This document shows, piece after piece, positions 50,489 to 64,000 of a DNA stretch of 64,000 nucleotides. The stretch comes from Eledone cirrhosa (taxonomy: Eukaryota). The translations under genes were made by a program, and so were the position numbers. Where the stretch lies: contig OZ024740.1 in assembly GCA_964016885.1 (NCBI GenBank), positions 261,826,001 to 261,890,000 on the forward strand. The letters are read 5' to 3'. Numbering within the stretch: position 1 is the stretch's first letter; each line of letters starts with the position of its first letter. The notes under the pieces are model-generated. The model saw only the letters and a program-made list of their open reading frames with translations, was not told the origin of the DNA and did no database searches.

Positions 50489-53247
50489 AGCTGTGATGTA
50501 ACGGAGGTCACCAATGTTGTGAAATATTTCATTATCTACATCATAAGAAAACTCAGCGATCATATATAATATGAATGGCCAAGCCGTTCCTAATCCCTAA
50601 AGATTTAATAGTAATATTTAAGGAGTTTAGTTTAAACATAACTATTAGCACTAACGATATTCAACTTTCTTGACATAACATTATTTCAACGCAAGCAAAC
50701 ATAGAAAGCATCATAAAATGTTCAACATCATCCCAAACATAGTTGGCTGGAATAAGTAAAAAGAATAGACTGGGATATCTTCAATAGATCACCAAATACG
50801 ATGAGTCAGTTACAAATGAATTTATCTAGAATCTTCCAAATTAGATGAAAATGAAGAAGAGACGCAACTTAGTTTAATCCACCAATTAACATGGATCCTG
50901 TCAGTAATGTAACCAGGACTTTTCTATCTCTGGTAAAACCGCATTTCCGATAAATTAACAAGGAAAATAAATTTGTCAAATGCCAAATCGTTTATGTCGG
51001 TTATTTCTGTATGGAGAACACGACTTTCCAAATCATCAGCAGGAAATATAATTATACATGTACATAGTCTCACACTAAATGTTAAACTGCCGAAATCTAC
51101 CCCCACCCCACCCCCATCCTAGCTAACTAAGGAGATTCTGTATTTACAAATATTGATATATCGAGCAGAACCTCCCAAAACATTCTAAGCTTGCCACAAA
51201 CTCGAAAGCTCACCAAGCCAGTGTTTATGCCGGTTTCTATGGTGTGAAGCGTCTGAGAGTACAAGTCTCCCCACAGGACATGACACCAGTCTATCGCAGG
51301 GTTAAACCCCCATCTATTGCTGATGCTTATCTTCAGCTGAGTATACTATAGCAACGTGAATCGTTCTAGGAATCGAAACCACGACATTATGATCGTAAAT
51401 GCAACACCCAACTATTAAGCCACACACCTTCACACCAAAAAACCTTCAACCATTACATAACGCCCTCTAAATAATCCTCCAACGTCTGCATACTCACAGA
51501 AAAAAAAAAGACAAAATGAATATTTATATAAACGTCATCCAAAATCATAAACTCCCGAGAAACAATAGCAATGCAGCATACAAAAATAACTACGCTATTT
51601 ATAGCATCTTAAATTCAGAAGTGACGGAGCTTCTTTTACACTTAGTTTCAAATGCCGGTTAATTAACTTTCCAAAAGTGTAACGAAAATTGCTAACAAGC
51701 TAATTTTGGAGGCCATTAGTCTCGCAAATATGTGTAATATGACACTAGAATAATGATAACTAATTTATGCACAAAGCCAAACATTTGTGGAGAGAGAGGA
51801 GAAAGTCGATTACATGGATTCCAATATGTAACTGGCACATTATTTTGACTCCTGAAGGATGGAATGCAAAGTTGGTCTCAGCGGGATTTGAAAACGGAAC
51901 ATAAACATTTGTCTGACCCTCTAACACACTCTGTCACAGTGATGCCATTTTAAAGTGTTTTCCCAGCATCGAAAACAAACTGTCTCTTACTATTAAACTT
52001 TGCATTTCCTCCATCCAAATTTAAAACATTTTCCCTGAAAGCTCGAGCTTTTATCAGAGATTTCCCACAAGTAACTATAATTAAGATAATAACAATCGAT
52101 AGAGTTTTACTGCTATCTCACGACGATTACTATTGGGTAAACAATAGGGTGATAGCGGTGATGTATTTATTTTCAAGGTTTTTTATATGAAATCGTGTGT
52201 TGAAACATATTGTTATATTTGCGGAGAGTCATGTTTTCTTAATATTGCCAGAATAATACAGTAAAACACACTCACTGTTGGTTTGGTTTTCGCTTCAGTA
52301 TATATTTCTATTTCTATAAATAATTTAGCTGGTAATCAATGTTTATCATTGATCGATAAACAGTTAAAACTATAAATATAAATCGCTATATTTATATTTA
52401 TGTTTTAATTCTTGGTTAATCAATGATAAACATTGATTGTCAGAGCTGTGATGTAACGGAGGTCACCAATGTTGTGAAATATTTCATTATCTACATCATA
52501 AGAAAACTCAGCGATCATATATAATATGAATGGCCAAGCCGTTCCTAATCCCTAAAGATTTAATAGTAATATTTAAGGAGTTTAGTTTAAACATAACTAT
52601 TAGCACTAACGATATTCAACTTTCTTGACATAACATTATTTCAACGCAAGCAAACATAGAAAGCATCATAAAATGTTCAACATCATCCCAAACATAGTTG
52701 GCTGGAATAAGTAAAAAGAATAGACTGGGATATCTTCAATAGATCACCAAATACGATGAGTCAGTTACAAATGAATTTATCTAGAATCTTCCAAATTAGA
52801 TGAAAATGAAGAAGAGACGCAACTTAGTTTAATCCACCAATTAACATGGATCCTGTCAGTAATGTAACCAGGACTTTTCTATCTCTGGTAAAACCGCATT
52901 TCCGATAAATTAACAAGGAAAATAAATTTGTCAAATGCCAAATCGTTTATGTCGGTTATTTCTGTATGGAGAACACGACTTTCCAAATCATCAGCAGGAA
53001 ATATAATTATACATGTACATAGTCTCACACTAAATGTTAAACTGCCGAAATCTACCCCCACCCCACCCCCATCCTAGCTAACTAAGGAGATTCTGTATTT
53101 ACAAATATTGATATATCGAGCATCTATAACACTCTCGGACAGTAACGAAAACATTTATACGAGAGACACTGTGTGCATATAGACATATATAGGAATTATA
53201 TATTTCTTGATTTATGTTTTTACTAACGGATGTTAGAGACTAAGTCG

Positions 53248-53402
53248 TCAAACTAGCAGAGTCTTTAGACCTTTGGTTTGAATTATTTGCGGTAATCGTT
53301 CGGGCACTCTGTGTATGAGTTCAAAACTCACCGATGTCGATTTTACTTTTTATCCTTCAAGGTCGATAAATAAACTACCAGACGAGTACTGTGGTTAATT
53401 TA
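53248..53402 (+). mobile_element. Deu/Nin-type SINE
   Basis: GAGTTCAAA...GTCGATTTTAC...ATCCTTCAAGGTCGATAAATAAACTACCAG. Confidence 0.65.
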
Positions 53403-54310
53403 CCCTCTCACTCTTTTCTCTCTTTCTCACTATTTCTGACTCTATCTACCTCCTTTTCATTCTTTTTCTCTGACTCTTTCTCTAGAAGACATTCTCACTT
53501 TATATCTTCTCTTTTCTGCCTCTTTCTTTGTCGCTTCCTCTAGAAGACATCGACTCTGTTCAGACAGGAAGAAGCAGGAGATCGGCTAGGTTGAAATTTC
53601 CAAGACATGCCGTATGTGATGAGAGAGGCTCTAGGATTCCATTGCAGCCTAGTTTTATGGCTGACAGAATAATTGTATCGTTATTCCCATTTGTGTAGCC
53701 ACAGTATACGAAACTAATAAAACGAAAATTAAAAGTTTGATAAAGGGAGAATCAACCTGGTGTAGCTTAGCTAAAAAAAAAAAAAAAAAAATACATGAAA
53801 AAAATAATAATACAGAAACGAAGAAAAATCCCAATAAATGCAAAACAAGTGCGTCATGCTAATGATTTATAAATTAATTTAATGTATTGTTTATACTCTC
53901 GCTCTCCCTTTTTTCTTTCACTCTCTCACCTCCCCTCTCTTTCTATGAATTATCAATACCACCATGGGATTGTAACCGACTAAAGGAGGATCTTAACAGT
54001 GGAGCCCAAAACACAATTCTCCCTCTTGATTTACTCAAAATGCACCCCATCACTTAGATATGTCTTCGTATTGAGACCGATAGTAGTGCGGAGTTAAGCC
54101 ATGCTCTTAATATAAATACTCAGCTTCCATGTGGTGACCGGTCTTTTCTTTTCTCTGTATTCACAACCATATACATAATATATATCATACAGGAAGCTTT
54201 GCGGTATCAGATCATGCTCTGTTTAATCTAATTAATCCAAGCCAGTCAAGCTAGCTCTATATGCAAATGAACACATTCAGTTTATGATATATCAACATAT
54301 CGTGCTACTG

Positions 54311-54383
<73 letters not shown>

Positions 54384-54503
54384 CTGTGTGTGTGTGTGTG
54401 CGTGTGTGCGCGCGTATGTATGTATGTATGTATATGTATATATCTGTATCTGTGTGTGATTATGTATGTATGTGTGTGTGTGTATTATATGTATGTAAAT
54501 ATG

Positions 54504-54546
<43 letters not shown>

Positions 54547-55451
54547 GCATGCATACATGCAGCTACATTGATTTTGCTTGCAGTCGTCATTTGATAAATT
54601 AATGTAAAACTTAAGGCAATGTTCAGAATACATTAAGAAACAAATATATACCCTAACCAACTCCAATTATATGATCATTTTTTTCATACGTCTGAATGTT
54701 TTGTTCACTTTTTTTTTTTTCTTAATTTTGTATTTTACTTTAAAGGACATATTAGATAGGTTGGAAGGTATAATTTTAATTTAAATATGTTATTTCGCCC
54801 GGCGCTTTCATCTGTGAGGCTTCTCTAGTTACAAGCTAGAAGAGAAAAATCTGTCTATTGAAATATTTTCAGGCTACTAATAATTACTATGGTGACTTCC
54901 TGTTATATCTGTTTTCCATTCACACTTGCAGTTGCGTGAAATTCAGTAATTTTCAGCTATATTGAAGTCATAGAAATTGCTTGTCATTAATTTACAGCCT
55001 CTAAGTTCGTATTTTAATTATTCATATTTTGCTCCCCCTAGAGCAGGTTATTTCCCGCTTGTATTATGAATGACATATCTTTTCAACATACCTCTCTTTT
55101 AAACATAATATACTATTCAAGCTCACTGTATCTTATTGTATATTCAATATTACATTCTCGCATTCCTATTTCATTCGCATGTCTTTAGTTATTTATGTAC
55201 GATTCCCTCCCTTTGTTCCACTTCTTTTTTAAAACCTTACATTCTGGTCATTGCATATAAAAAACATTGATATACGAAGGTTTACATGCATCACCCCGTA
55301 ACTCTTGAGGGAGTCGCAAGGTCACCGTATTGACATATAGCATTTCGAGGGCATTTTAAGACCTGGCAGAGCCCAATTCTCACTAGGTCTGAATATAGCA
55401 GATTTCTTCCAGAGAAGGTTAGCGAGAGAGTGAGAGAATGAGAGTGAGGAA

Positions 55452-55627
55452 GAGATATAGAGGAAGAATTGACCCCAGTATTTGACTGGCACTTTTTTTT
55501 ATCGACCTCTATTGGATGAAAAGCAAAGTTGACCTCAGCGGGATTTAATCTCGGAGAGCAAAGATTCGAAACGAATACCGCGTTTCATTTTATCAGACGT
55601 TCTAACAATCCTGCCAATTCGCTGCCT
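55452..55627 (-). mobile_element. Deu/Nin-type SINE
   Basis: Close relative of 11452-11621 with the same GAGATATAGAGGAAGAATTGACCCCAGTA end. Confidence 0.75.
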
Positions 55628-56034
55628 GTTACAGGTTTATCTTTGTAAAGTATATGGCGGACGCTTGTGATGTCCATCAGTTCACAACAAATTTAATGAA
55701 TAGAATTTCAAAATTCAATTATATTCATTTTTATTATGTTATTCTTTTTACAAATACATTTATTAATTTATTTATGTAAACATGCCACGATTGGGTAATA
55801 TATTTGCAACAATATTTATAAGTAGTAGTATTATCCAAATTAGATATCACATCTTTGGCAATACCTATATTCTACACTATGTTTAAGTCGGCCATCAAAT
55901 ACATTATACCTGGATTTCTACACTAGCTAGAATCAAAAATAGATTTACAAACCAGTGATAGTCATTTCCAGATCGATGAAAGCACTCGATGTTGGAAGCG
56001 GATATTGCTACAATTAGTTTAGAAATAAAATACC

Positions 56035-56229
56035 TGTATTGGTACACCCAAGGAAAGAAGCGAATAGGACGTCCCAAAATGAACTGGCAGAAGAGAATGA
56101 AAAGAGGCCGGAAACCTGTCAACAATCGTTGGAATGATGTATTGATAGATGCACCTGACCGTGGCCATTGGAACACTTTGGCTGCTTCATGCGTCCCAAG
56201 ACACAGGAGCGTTAATGGCAAGTAATAAT
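56035..56229 (+). mobile_element. RTE-type LINE 3' fragment
   Basis: WYTQGKKRIGRPKMNW...APDRGHW. Confidence 0.6.
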
Positions 56230-57727
56230 TTGCACACAGTATTGCGTGTCCAGCTTTCTTTAAGTATGAATATTTTTCTCTGTCGATTATTGTTCCCGCC
56301 GTATAAGAATCTTTGAGGGGAGTAATTTAGTAGAGGGCCTATGGGAAGATTTATTTAAAAATTAAAGTTCACTGAGAGGATTAAAAAAAATATTTTTTAT
56401 GCTGTCCGCATGTCTAGTAGTAACTTTTTTGAGCTTTGTAGGTTGTTAGTCTTTGTTGAGGAATGAATTATTTGCTGGTACTACACAGAAATGTCAGTCC
56501 TTGTGATGTAGTTTTTCTGTTGTTATAAAAGATGGGGAACATCCTTTCACTGATGAAATCTCAAAAAATCAGTTGAAAAGGATTGATATAAGTATCATAC
56601 ATATAGATTTGTTAAATTATGTTTCACAGCACCCATGTACCCTATAGGACCTTAAGTACTTACAGTTTACACATTTTACAATAAGAAAATAATTGTCCAT
56701 CTCTGCTCTATACATCTACTTGACCTGCTATAAATAGTAGCCAAATCTCCTTGAAATCTTGATATTACAACTTATAAGGTAAGTCTGTTTCATAGGGAAT
56801 GATATTGGAACAAACAACAACAACAACAACAGCAACGAAAATGACGACAACCTTCACCACCACCGCCGAGGCCATCAACACAACCACCACCAACCAGACC
56901 AAATTCGCAAAAGCTAAAGGAAAAAAAACCCTTATATAATGCAGTGAGCAGCATCACTAATGTTATTAGAAAAAATTATGTGGTGAGAGAAATGAATAAT
57001 ATTGTTTACAGCAATAAAATCAATGAATAATAATAATCCTTTCGGTAAGTACGGGAGATAATTTGCAACATATTCCCGTATCATCTGACGTCCTCAGCGG
57101 ACTCCGTCCTATTGAATGAGAAAAGGACATATTAGTCAATGCAATTCTAGATATTTAAAACGACGAGATCAACACGAATATGATTATCAAGGCTGACGTG
57201 AGTTAAACAACAACAACAACAACAACAACAACATATCTATTGGTGATCACAATAAGTCATATGTAGAAATCGTTTTAATTCGAATTGGCATATAACTACA
57301 AACACTTCATAAGAGCAGAAACATAAAACGATTTACTATGACATTCATGCCCTATCAGCAAATATTATTGGTTGATAAGTAAAATGAAACAACTTAAAAA
57401 TGAATAAAAACGCGGTGGACTTTTTGTCACAATGGAAGCTTTCAAAGATAGTTTATCATTAATGGCGCTCCATTTCTTTATTTTCCCTTTCATTATTTCT
57501 TATAGCTCTCACCATTTCTTTCTTTGACGTTTCTTTGTCGCCAATGTTACAACTTATGACGACGTCAGAGCTAGCGGTATAATTAGTTTTAGGATATTAT
57601 GAGATATGACAAGACCTTTAATTTCATCAACATTCCCCTTCCTCGAAAGATTTAAAAACATAAGTGTGTGTGTGTGTAGGGTAGTGTGTATGTGTGTGTG
57701 CGTGTGTATGAGTGTCTGTGTGTGTAA

Positions 57728-57803
<76 letters not shown>

Positions 57804-57840
57804 GAAAAAGGTAAACAGAAATAACAACACAATCGGTACA

Positions 57841-57928
<88 letters not shown>

Positions 57929-57974
57929 CCTTATCAAGCCCTCTTTGGATTTTAGTCTTCAAATTTATTATTAT

Positions 57975-58022
<48 letters not shown>

Positions 58023-58370
58023 TAGTGTATGTGTTTGTGTGTGTATTAATGTTTTAAAAGAATTATTAAAAGTCTTTCAAGCTGAACGCTATGGCATTGT
58101 TTCACGTGTTAATTCATTTTACCGACAACTGATTGTAGCTAACTGATATGATGAGAGACTCTCTACTGGAATTTAATTGGCTGACTTATTAATATACCAA
58201 TACATAAATAGCTATAGAAATAGATAGATAAATAAATAAATAGATAAATAAAGAAATAAACAAAAATATAAATAAATAAATGAATAAATAAATAAAAATA
58301 TAAATAAATAAGTAGATAAATAAAGAAAGAAATAATTGTTTCTATTTTTGGCACAATGCCAGCAATTATA

Positions 58371-58417
58371 TTACTGGTACTTTATTTTATCGACCCCGTA
58401 AGGATGAAAGGCAAAGA
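58371..58417 (-). mobile_element. Deu/Nin SINE core fragment (another degenerate copy near 59870-60005)
   Basis: CTTTGCCTTTCATCCTTACGGGGTCGATAAAATAAAGTACCAGT on minus. Confidence 0.7.
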
Positions 58418-58512
58418 TAATATAAAGTATGTGTGAGTGACAAAGAGACAAAGAGAGAGAAAGGGAGACAGAAAGTGTGTGAAAGAATGAGAGAGAGGGA
58501 GAGAGAGATGGA

Positions 58513-58600
<88 letters not shown>

Positions 58601-58933
58601 AACTCACACACACACACACACACACATTATAGATAGATAGATAGATAGATAGATAAAGAGGGAGCGAGAAAGAGAGAGAGAGAGATAAATATATATATAG
58701 GTATATAAAAGGTAAATAGAATTAACAAAGCAGACGACACAGTACATTGGAAAAAATTATTAGTTTAACGTTTGAAATAGCAGGAAGAGAGTCTTAAGGT
58801 TTCGCACACTAGTCCTTCATCAGAAGATAGATTTAGAAATAGAAGATAAATAGAAAAAAATAGAGTGAGAAGAGGAAGTAACTGGAAAAAGGTGAGGAAA
58901 TAAGGGGGGAAATACGTGCGTATTCAGTTAGCC

Positions 58934-58979
<46 letters not shown>

Positions 58980-60471
58980 TTACACAACAGATTTCGAGGA
59001 TTTGGGATTTTATTGTAGTGATATTTTGTCCGGAAAATTACCAATTCTAGTATCCCTTCCATGAACAAACGAAGGAGGGTCTACGTGTGCGTTCGATCTG
59101 CTATAAATAACAACGAAACCTTTATCAAACCACACATTACCTCATTAAATGTGACCTTCGAAAATATGACTGTTTAGCCAGGGTGAGCTAGGGGATAAAT
59201 AAAACAACTATCCACTGCTACCAATTTACGTTAAGATAATAAAAGAATTTATAAAGAAAAGATGTAAGATAGAAAATAACTACTACAAAAGTTTGAAAAA
59301 AAAAAAAAGCAGAGAAAATGTTTTAATGTTCAAACATTAACCGAATGAATACTCAATATATATGAGGAGAGTATGCGATAAACTTTTCGAAGAAAAAAAT
59401 TAGCATTGACTTTGAAGTTTCGGTTAGTCTCGCTTGGGGAATTAGCCGGACCATTTGTAGATGGTTTCTGATAGGGCCATATGGATGGCGTGTCTCAGGA
59501 CTCTGTCCCCATGAAAATCTCAAGAATAAGAACTCGAAGAAGTATCTACGTTCACATTATCTAACATGATCTTTTTTTAAGAAAGCCTGTGATGATTTGC
59601 TGGTGGTATTTTCAAGAGCTCAAACAATCGTGTAGCATCACCATCGATTTAATATGTTGGTTGAATTGAATAGACTTTATGATCAAAGGCATTATAGCCG
59701 TCACGTATTGACATCGTGGATTTAGTATGTTAGTTTAATTACGGTTAATGGATGGACAACAAAGAAATTAATGCTTGAACATGGTGGAAAACCAATCCTA
59801 AATGACTTATATGTTTGGCAGCAGGTCACCTGTAAAGAAAGTGTATAGTCAGTCCAGTTAACCTCGTACATTACTGGTATATATTTTATCGAACCCCGGA
59901 GTTCAGGAGGGAAGGCAAAGTCGATTTAGCATGATTTTATTTCAGAGTTTACAAAATTTTATGAAATACCTTTCATCATTTAATCCGAAACTCTATTGTT
60001 TCTGGCACACCACCACCCCTGTAGCACGCATTTAAAGAGTTGATAAAATCCTGGAAGAAAATTCTTATCTACGAAATAGTTATACTTGAGATTTTGGCCT
60101 GCAGTCAATAGCCTGAAGAAAGAATTTATTCCACATGGTTGATTTGTTCACTCTCCAAGAAACCTTCGATGGTATTCTAATGACCTATTAAAGGCCTCGA
60201 GTTTTCTCTTTAAAATCTATGTTAAAAAAGACAATGCTACTGTATATTCAGAGGAGAAAATGAAAAGAATAGAATTGATTGTTTTCATTGGTCTTTCCAT
60301 TGCTGATGCTATCTGATATTCGTAACTCCTGATAGGGGAAAATATACTGTTAGATTCATGAACTTCTGTTATATATCTTTTTCACTGGTACATATACTCT
60401 TCAACGCCGGAGGAATAAAAGTCAATATTGAATTAGAGTACGATTAAATTCATTTAAACATAGATTAATGA

Positions 60472-60630
60472 AAATGGTTAAGGGATTCGCTTTGCAATCC
60501 CGTGGTTGCGTGTTGGTGTTCAGTCTAACAGTGTAACACTTTGGGCAAGTGTCTTCTAATATAACCTCAGATGGACCAACGATTTGTACTTAGAATCTAG
60601 TAGACGGAAAATGTTTCAGTCCGTCATATA
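60472..60630 (+). mobile_element. tRNA-derived SINE followed by (TG)/(TATG) repeats
   Basis: TGGTTAAG...GTTCAGTC...TTGGGCAAGTGTCTTC...GTAGACGGAAA. Confidence 0.7.
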
Positions 60631-60755
60631 CCATATGTGTATGTGAGTATGTGTGCGTGTGTATGTGAGTACGTGAGTGTATGTATGTATGTATGTATGT
60701 ATGTATGTATGTATGTATGTATGTATGTATGTATGTATGTATGTATGTATGTATG

Positions 60756-61587
60756 GGATAACTCCGATATAAAACCTGCGGCTCAGTAGTTACCTATGAT
60801 GTTGATCTTTTCTTCTTTTCGGGTTAGAGCTACTGTCGCTCAGAGAGTGGGATTGGCTCAGTGCACAGTCTTTCGTCATTTAAAAAAATATCTTCACGCA
60901 CAGGCATTGCACGATAGAATTAATTAATTATTATTAATAATGGTATATCGTGCAATGACCATACTCGATAACGAGGTGGCAGCCATCATGTAATGCATGA
61001 TAACATTAATTGATAATTATTAATAATGTATTTCGTGCAATGGCCATACTTGATAACGAGGGGCAGCCATTATCATGTATGTATGTATCCAGGAGAGATG
61101 ACCCCTTAGCCTTTGTCAAGGCAGAATTCTAGGAGAAGGAAAACTCTGATATAACACCTGCAACCCTGATGGTATCCAATGATGTTGACTTGTTCTTCTT
61201 TTTGGTAAATATCATCTTGGTTAAGAGAGTGGGACTGGCTTTGTGCAGTGCCTTTGCTCACTATAAAAGCTTCACGGCACAGGCATTGCTTTATATCTGG
61301 AGATCTCTCTGCATACATACATACATACATACATACATACATACATACATACATACATACATACATACATACATACATACATCTGGAGATCTCTCGTCAC
61401 ATGGTACCATGGGCCCAGCACTATGTGTCAATAATTGCCACAAGTGTAGTGTTTGTACCAGAGTTTTCAAGTCGCTGGCTGGACTAAAAAGCCACACTCG
61501 TTCAGCGCATCGGTAGGAGTTCTCCTACATGGATATAAAGTAGTGGCCGTACTCGAAAACGAGTTGGCAGCCACCATGTATGTATGT
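60756..61587 (+). mobile_element. Two short internally deleted RTE derivatives (5' UTR-like part + 3' end) in (TATG)n
   Basis: Shared block at 60772-60910 and 61153-61289; CTAGGAGAAGGAAAACTCTG 5' motif; three copies of the RTE 3' stem-loop TG(G/A)CC.TACT(C/T)GA.AACGAG..GGCAGCCA. Confidence 0.7.
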
Positions 61588-61595
61588 TTTTTTTA

Positions 61596-62912
61596 AATGC
61601 ATTTTCTGATGCTTGCACTGCCCTAGGATTGACTGTCAGTCTCAAGAAAACCGTCGTCATGTACCAACCTGCCCATGGTAAGCAGTACAGTGAATCAAAT
61701 ATCTATGTGTATGGTAAATGACTTGGAGTGGTTGCTCAGTTTGTCTACCTGGGAAGCACTGTCAATAGATTCAGCAACCTTGATAATGAAATCCCACTCA
61801 GGATTAGGAAAGCATGTGATGCTTTCGGAAAGCTAGAAAGGCGACTCTGGGGTCGGCGAGACATATGCAGGAGGACAAAGGTAAAGGTGTACAGGGCATG
61901 TGTACTCTCTTGTACTCTCTTGTCTTCTTTATGCCTGCGAGACCTGGGTCACATATTGAGACCACCTTAAGCAATTGAAGCGTTTCCATCAGATGTGTCT
62001 CAGACGCAACCATGGCGTTCACTGAAGGGACCACATCAGTGATGTAGAGATTTTGGAAAGCTCTATGTGTGACAGTATAGAAGCTCTTGTGCTTAAGCAA
62101 CGACTCCGTTGGAGTGGTCACCTTGCCAGGATGAAGGATTCTAGAATACCTAAACAACTCTTTTATGGAGAGTTAGTAAAAGGAAAACGACCGCCACATA
62201 AACCGAAAAAGAGGTATAAGGATTCCTTGAAAGCCTCTCCGAAAGTCGCTAACATCTCTGCTGATACATGGGAAAATGTTGCTGCTGATCATAATAAATG
62301 GAGAAAGACTGTATATGAGGGGAAAGTTGCCTTTGAGGCATCTCGAATCGCATACGAGAAAGTAAAGCGGGATGTGAGGAAGGGCATTGCTGTTGCACTT
62401 CCAGACGGCGAGGGTCCTCCTATGGTGCTGACATGCAGCGTCTGTGCGAGACTCTGCTTAAGCAAAGCTGGACTCGAAAGTGATCTTCGCAGTCATAAAG
62501 TAAGACCAGTGGTTGACTATCAGGCTGCTGTTGGAGATGCTACTCATCATGCTTGCCAAACATGTGGTAGAGAATGTAAATCAGCAGGAGGGCTCAAGCG
62601 ACATGCAAAAGTACACGAACTCCAGCCACAGTCGGCTATTCCCAGTGAATATTTTGGTTGCCAATTCTGTGCAAGATTTTAGATCATTGGCTGGGTTAAA
62701 AAGCCACATTCGATCGCAGCGCTTTTAATTGCTATCGTGTGTGTATGTGTAGATATGTTTATGTGTGTGCGCGTGTGTGTATATATATATGTATATTATT
62801 ATTGTTGTTGTTGTCGTTATTATTATTGTTGTTATTATATTTATCATTGTTATTATTATGGTTTTTTTCTCGTGCAATGGCCATACTCGATAACGAGAGG
62901 GCAGCCATCATG
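61596..62912 (+). mobile_element. 5'-truncated RTE (BovB-like) LINE with C-terminal C2H2-like fingers and (TATG)n tail
   Basis: FVYLGS, TKVKVYRA, RLRWSGHLARMKDSRIPKQLFYGEL...KRYKDSLK; three CxxC...H motifs; same 3' stem-loop. Confidence 0.9.
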
Positions 62913-63096
62913 TATGTACGTATGTACGTATGTATGTATGTATGTATGTATGTATGTATGTATGTATGTATGTATGTATGTATGTATGTATGTATGTATG
63001 TATGTATGTATGTATGTATGTATGTACGTACGTATGTATGTACGTATGTATGTATGTATGTATGTATGTATGTATGTATGTATGTATGTATGTATG

Positions 63097-64000
63097 TTAT
63101 AAGCTGAACAGTGGAAGATCTCCAGGTATGGATGGCATACATGCTGAGCTCCTACAATATGTTGGTGAGAGACACCTGCAACATCTGCACTCTTTGTTTG
63201 GAAGGATATGGGCTAATGAATCCGTACCAAAGGACTCGAGAGATGCAGTAATGGTGGTCTTGTACAAGGGAAAGGGTAAGAGGAATGATTGTGGGAACTA
63301 CAGAGGTATATCATTGCTTTCTGTCGTAGGGAAAGTTTTATGTAGGGTGCTTCTGGACCGTCTGCTGACACACATTGCAGATTGTGTTCTTCCTGAAAGT
63401 CAATCTGGTTTTCGTGCTGGACGCGGCACTACTGATATGATCTTCTCAGCCAGACAGCTCCAGGAGAAGTGCATTGAACAAGGCTTGGATCTGTATCAGG
63501 TTTTTGTCGATCTGACAAAGGCTTTCGATACTGTCAACAGAGATGCATTATGGAAGGTTCTCCAGAAACTTGGTTGCCCTGATAAGTTCCTTGCTTTAGT
63601 TAGGTCTTTCCATGACGACATGAAGGCTTGGGTTAATGTCGGAGGTAACATGTCGGAGCCTATCTCAGTAAAAAATGGAGTGAAACAGGGATATTCCAGC
63701 ACCGACCCTGTTTGCCATATACTTTGCAATGGTTTTCTGTATTGCTTTCAGGAATTGCGAGCATGGTGTTTACATCCGATATCGAACCTCAGGCAGCATA
63801 TTTAACATCAGGCGCTTTGCTGCGAAGACAAAAGTATTTACATCAATCGTAAGAGACCTCTTGTATGCAGATGATTGCGATCTTGTAGCGCACACAGAGA
63901 GTGATATGCAGCACATTTTGAATGCATTTTCTGACGCTTGCACTGCCCTAGGTTTGACTGTCAGTCTCAAGAAAACCGTCGTCATGTACCAACCTGCCCC
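63097..64000 (+). mobile_element. Further 5'-truncated copy of the same RTE family (RT domain), runs off the window end
   Basis: SPGMDGIHAE, NYRGISLLS, PESQSGFR, FVDLTKAFDTV, GVKQG, LYADD; 63921-63999 nearly identical to 61596-61674. Confidence 0.92.

Larger units (their letters stand above)
49221..53122. repeat. Tandem duplication, 1947-bp unit x2 (period 1955) with an 8-bp junction insert
   Basis: 49221-51167 matches 51176-53122; GAACCTCC lies between; duplicate ORFs at 50924 and 52879. Confidence 0.95.

Noticed and set aside
62930-63805. 291-aa ORF as a gene with a repetitive N-terminus
   Set aside because: It is (TATG)n read into a 5'-truncated RTE RT that frameshifts after GVKQG.

Overview
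This is AT-rich, microsatellite-dense eukaryotic intergenic or intronic DNA. The SINE/LINE/microsatellite mix looks like a mollusc, probably an Octopus-type cephalopod (inference). No host gene, rRNA, true tRNA or CRISPR array is supportable. The window is a nest of transposable elements: R4/Dong-like RLE LINE fragments, several RTE-clade LINEs, two tandem Tx1/L1-clade LINEs, a near-intact Hydra-clade Penelope-like element (PLE) plus many PLE terminal-repeat (pLTR) remnants, a Helitron relic, a piggyBac MITE, tRNA-derived SINEs and a 1.95-kb tandem duplication. The main unannotated layer is RNA structure: about a dozen hand-folded minimal type I hammerhead ribozyme (HHR) motifs from at least five sequence families, mostly in inverted pLTR pairs embedded in (TA)n. 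In the near-intact PLE, the inverted 5' fragment starts exactly at the predicted ribozyme cleavage site. A 4.2-10.8 kb chimera brackets R4-type RT sequence with HHR-bearing repeats. Several retroelement clades each sit in their own microsatellite type. All structures and alignments were read by eye; most boundaries are approximate to a few bases.
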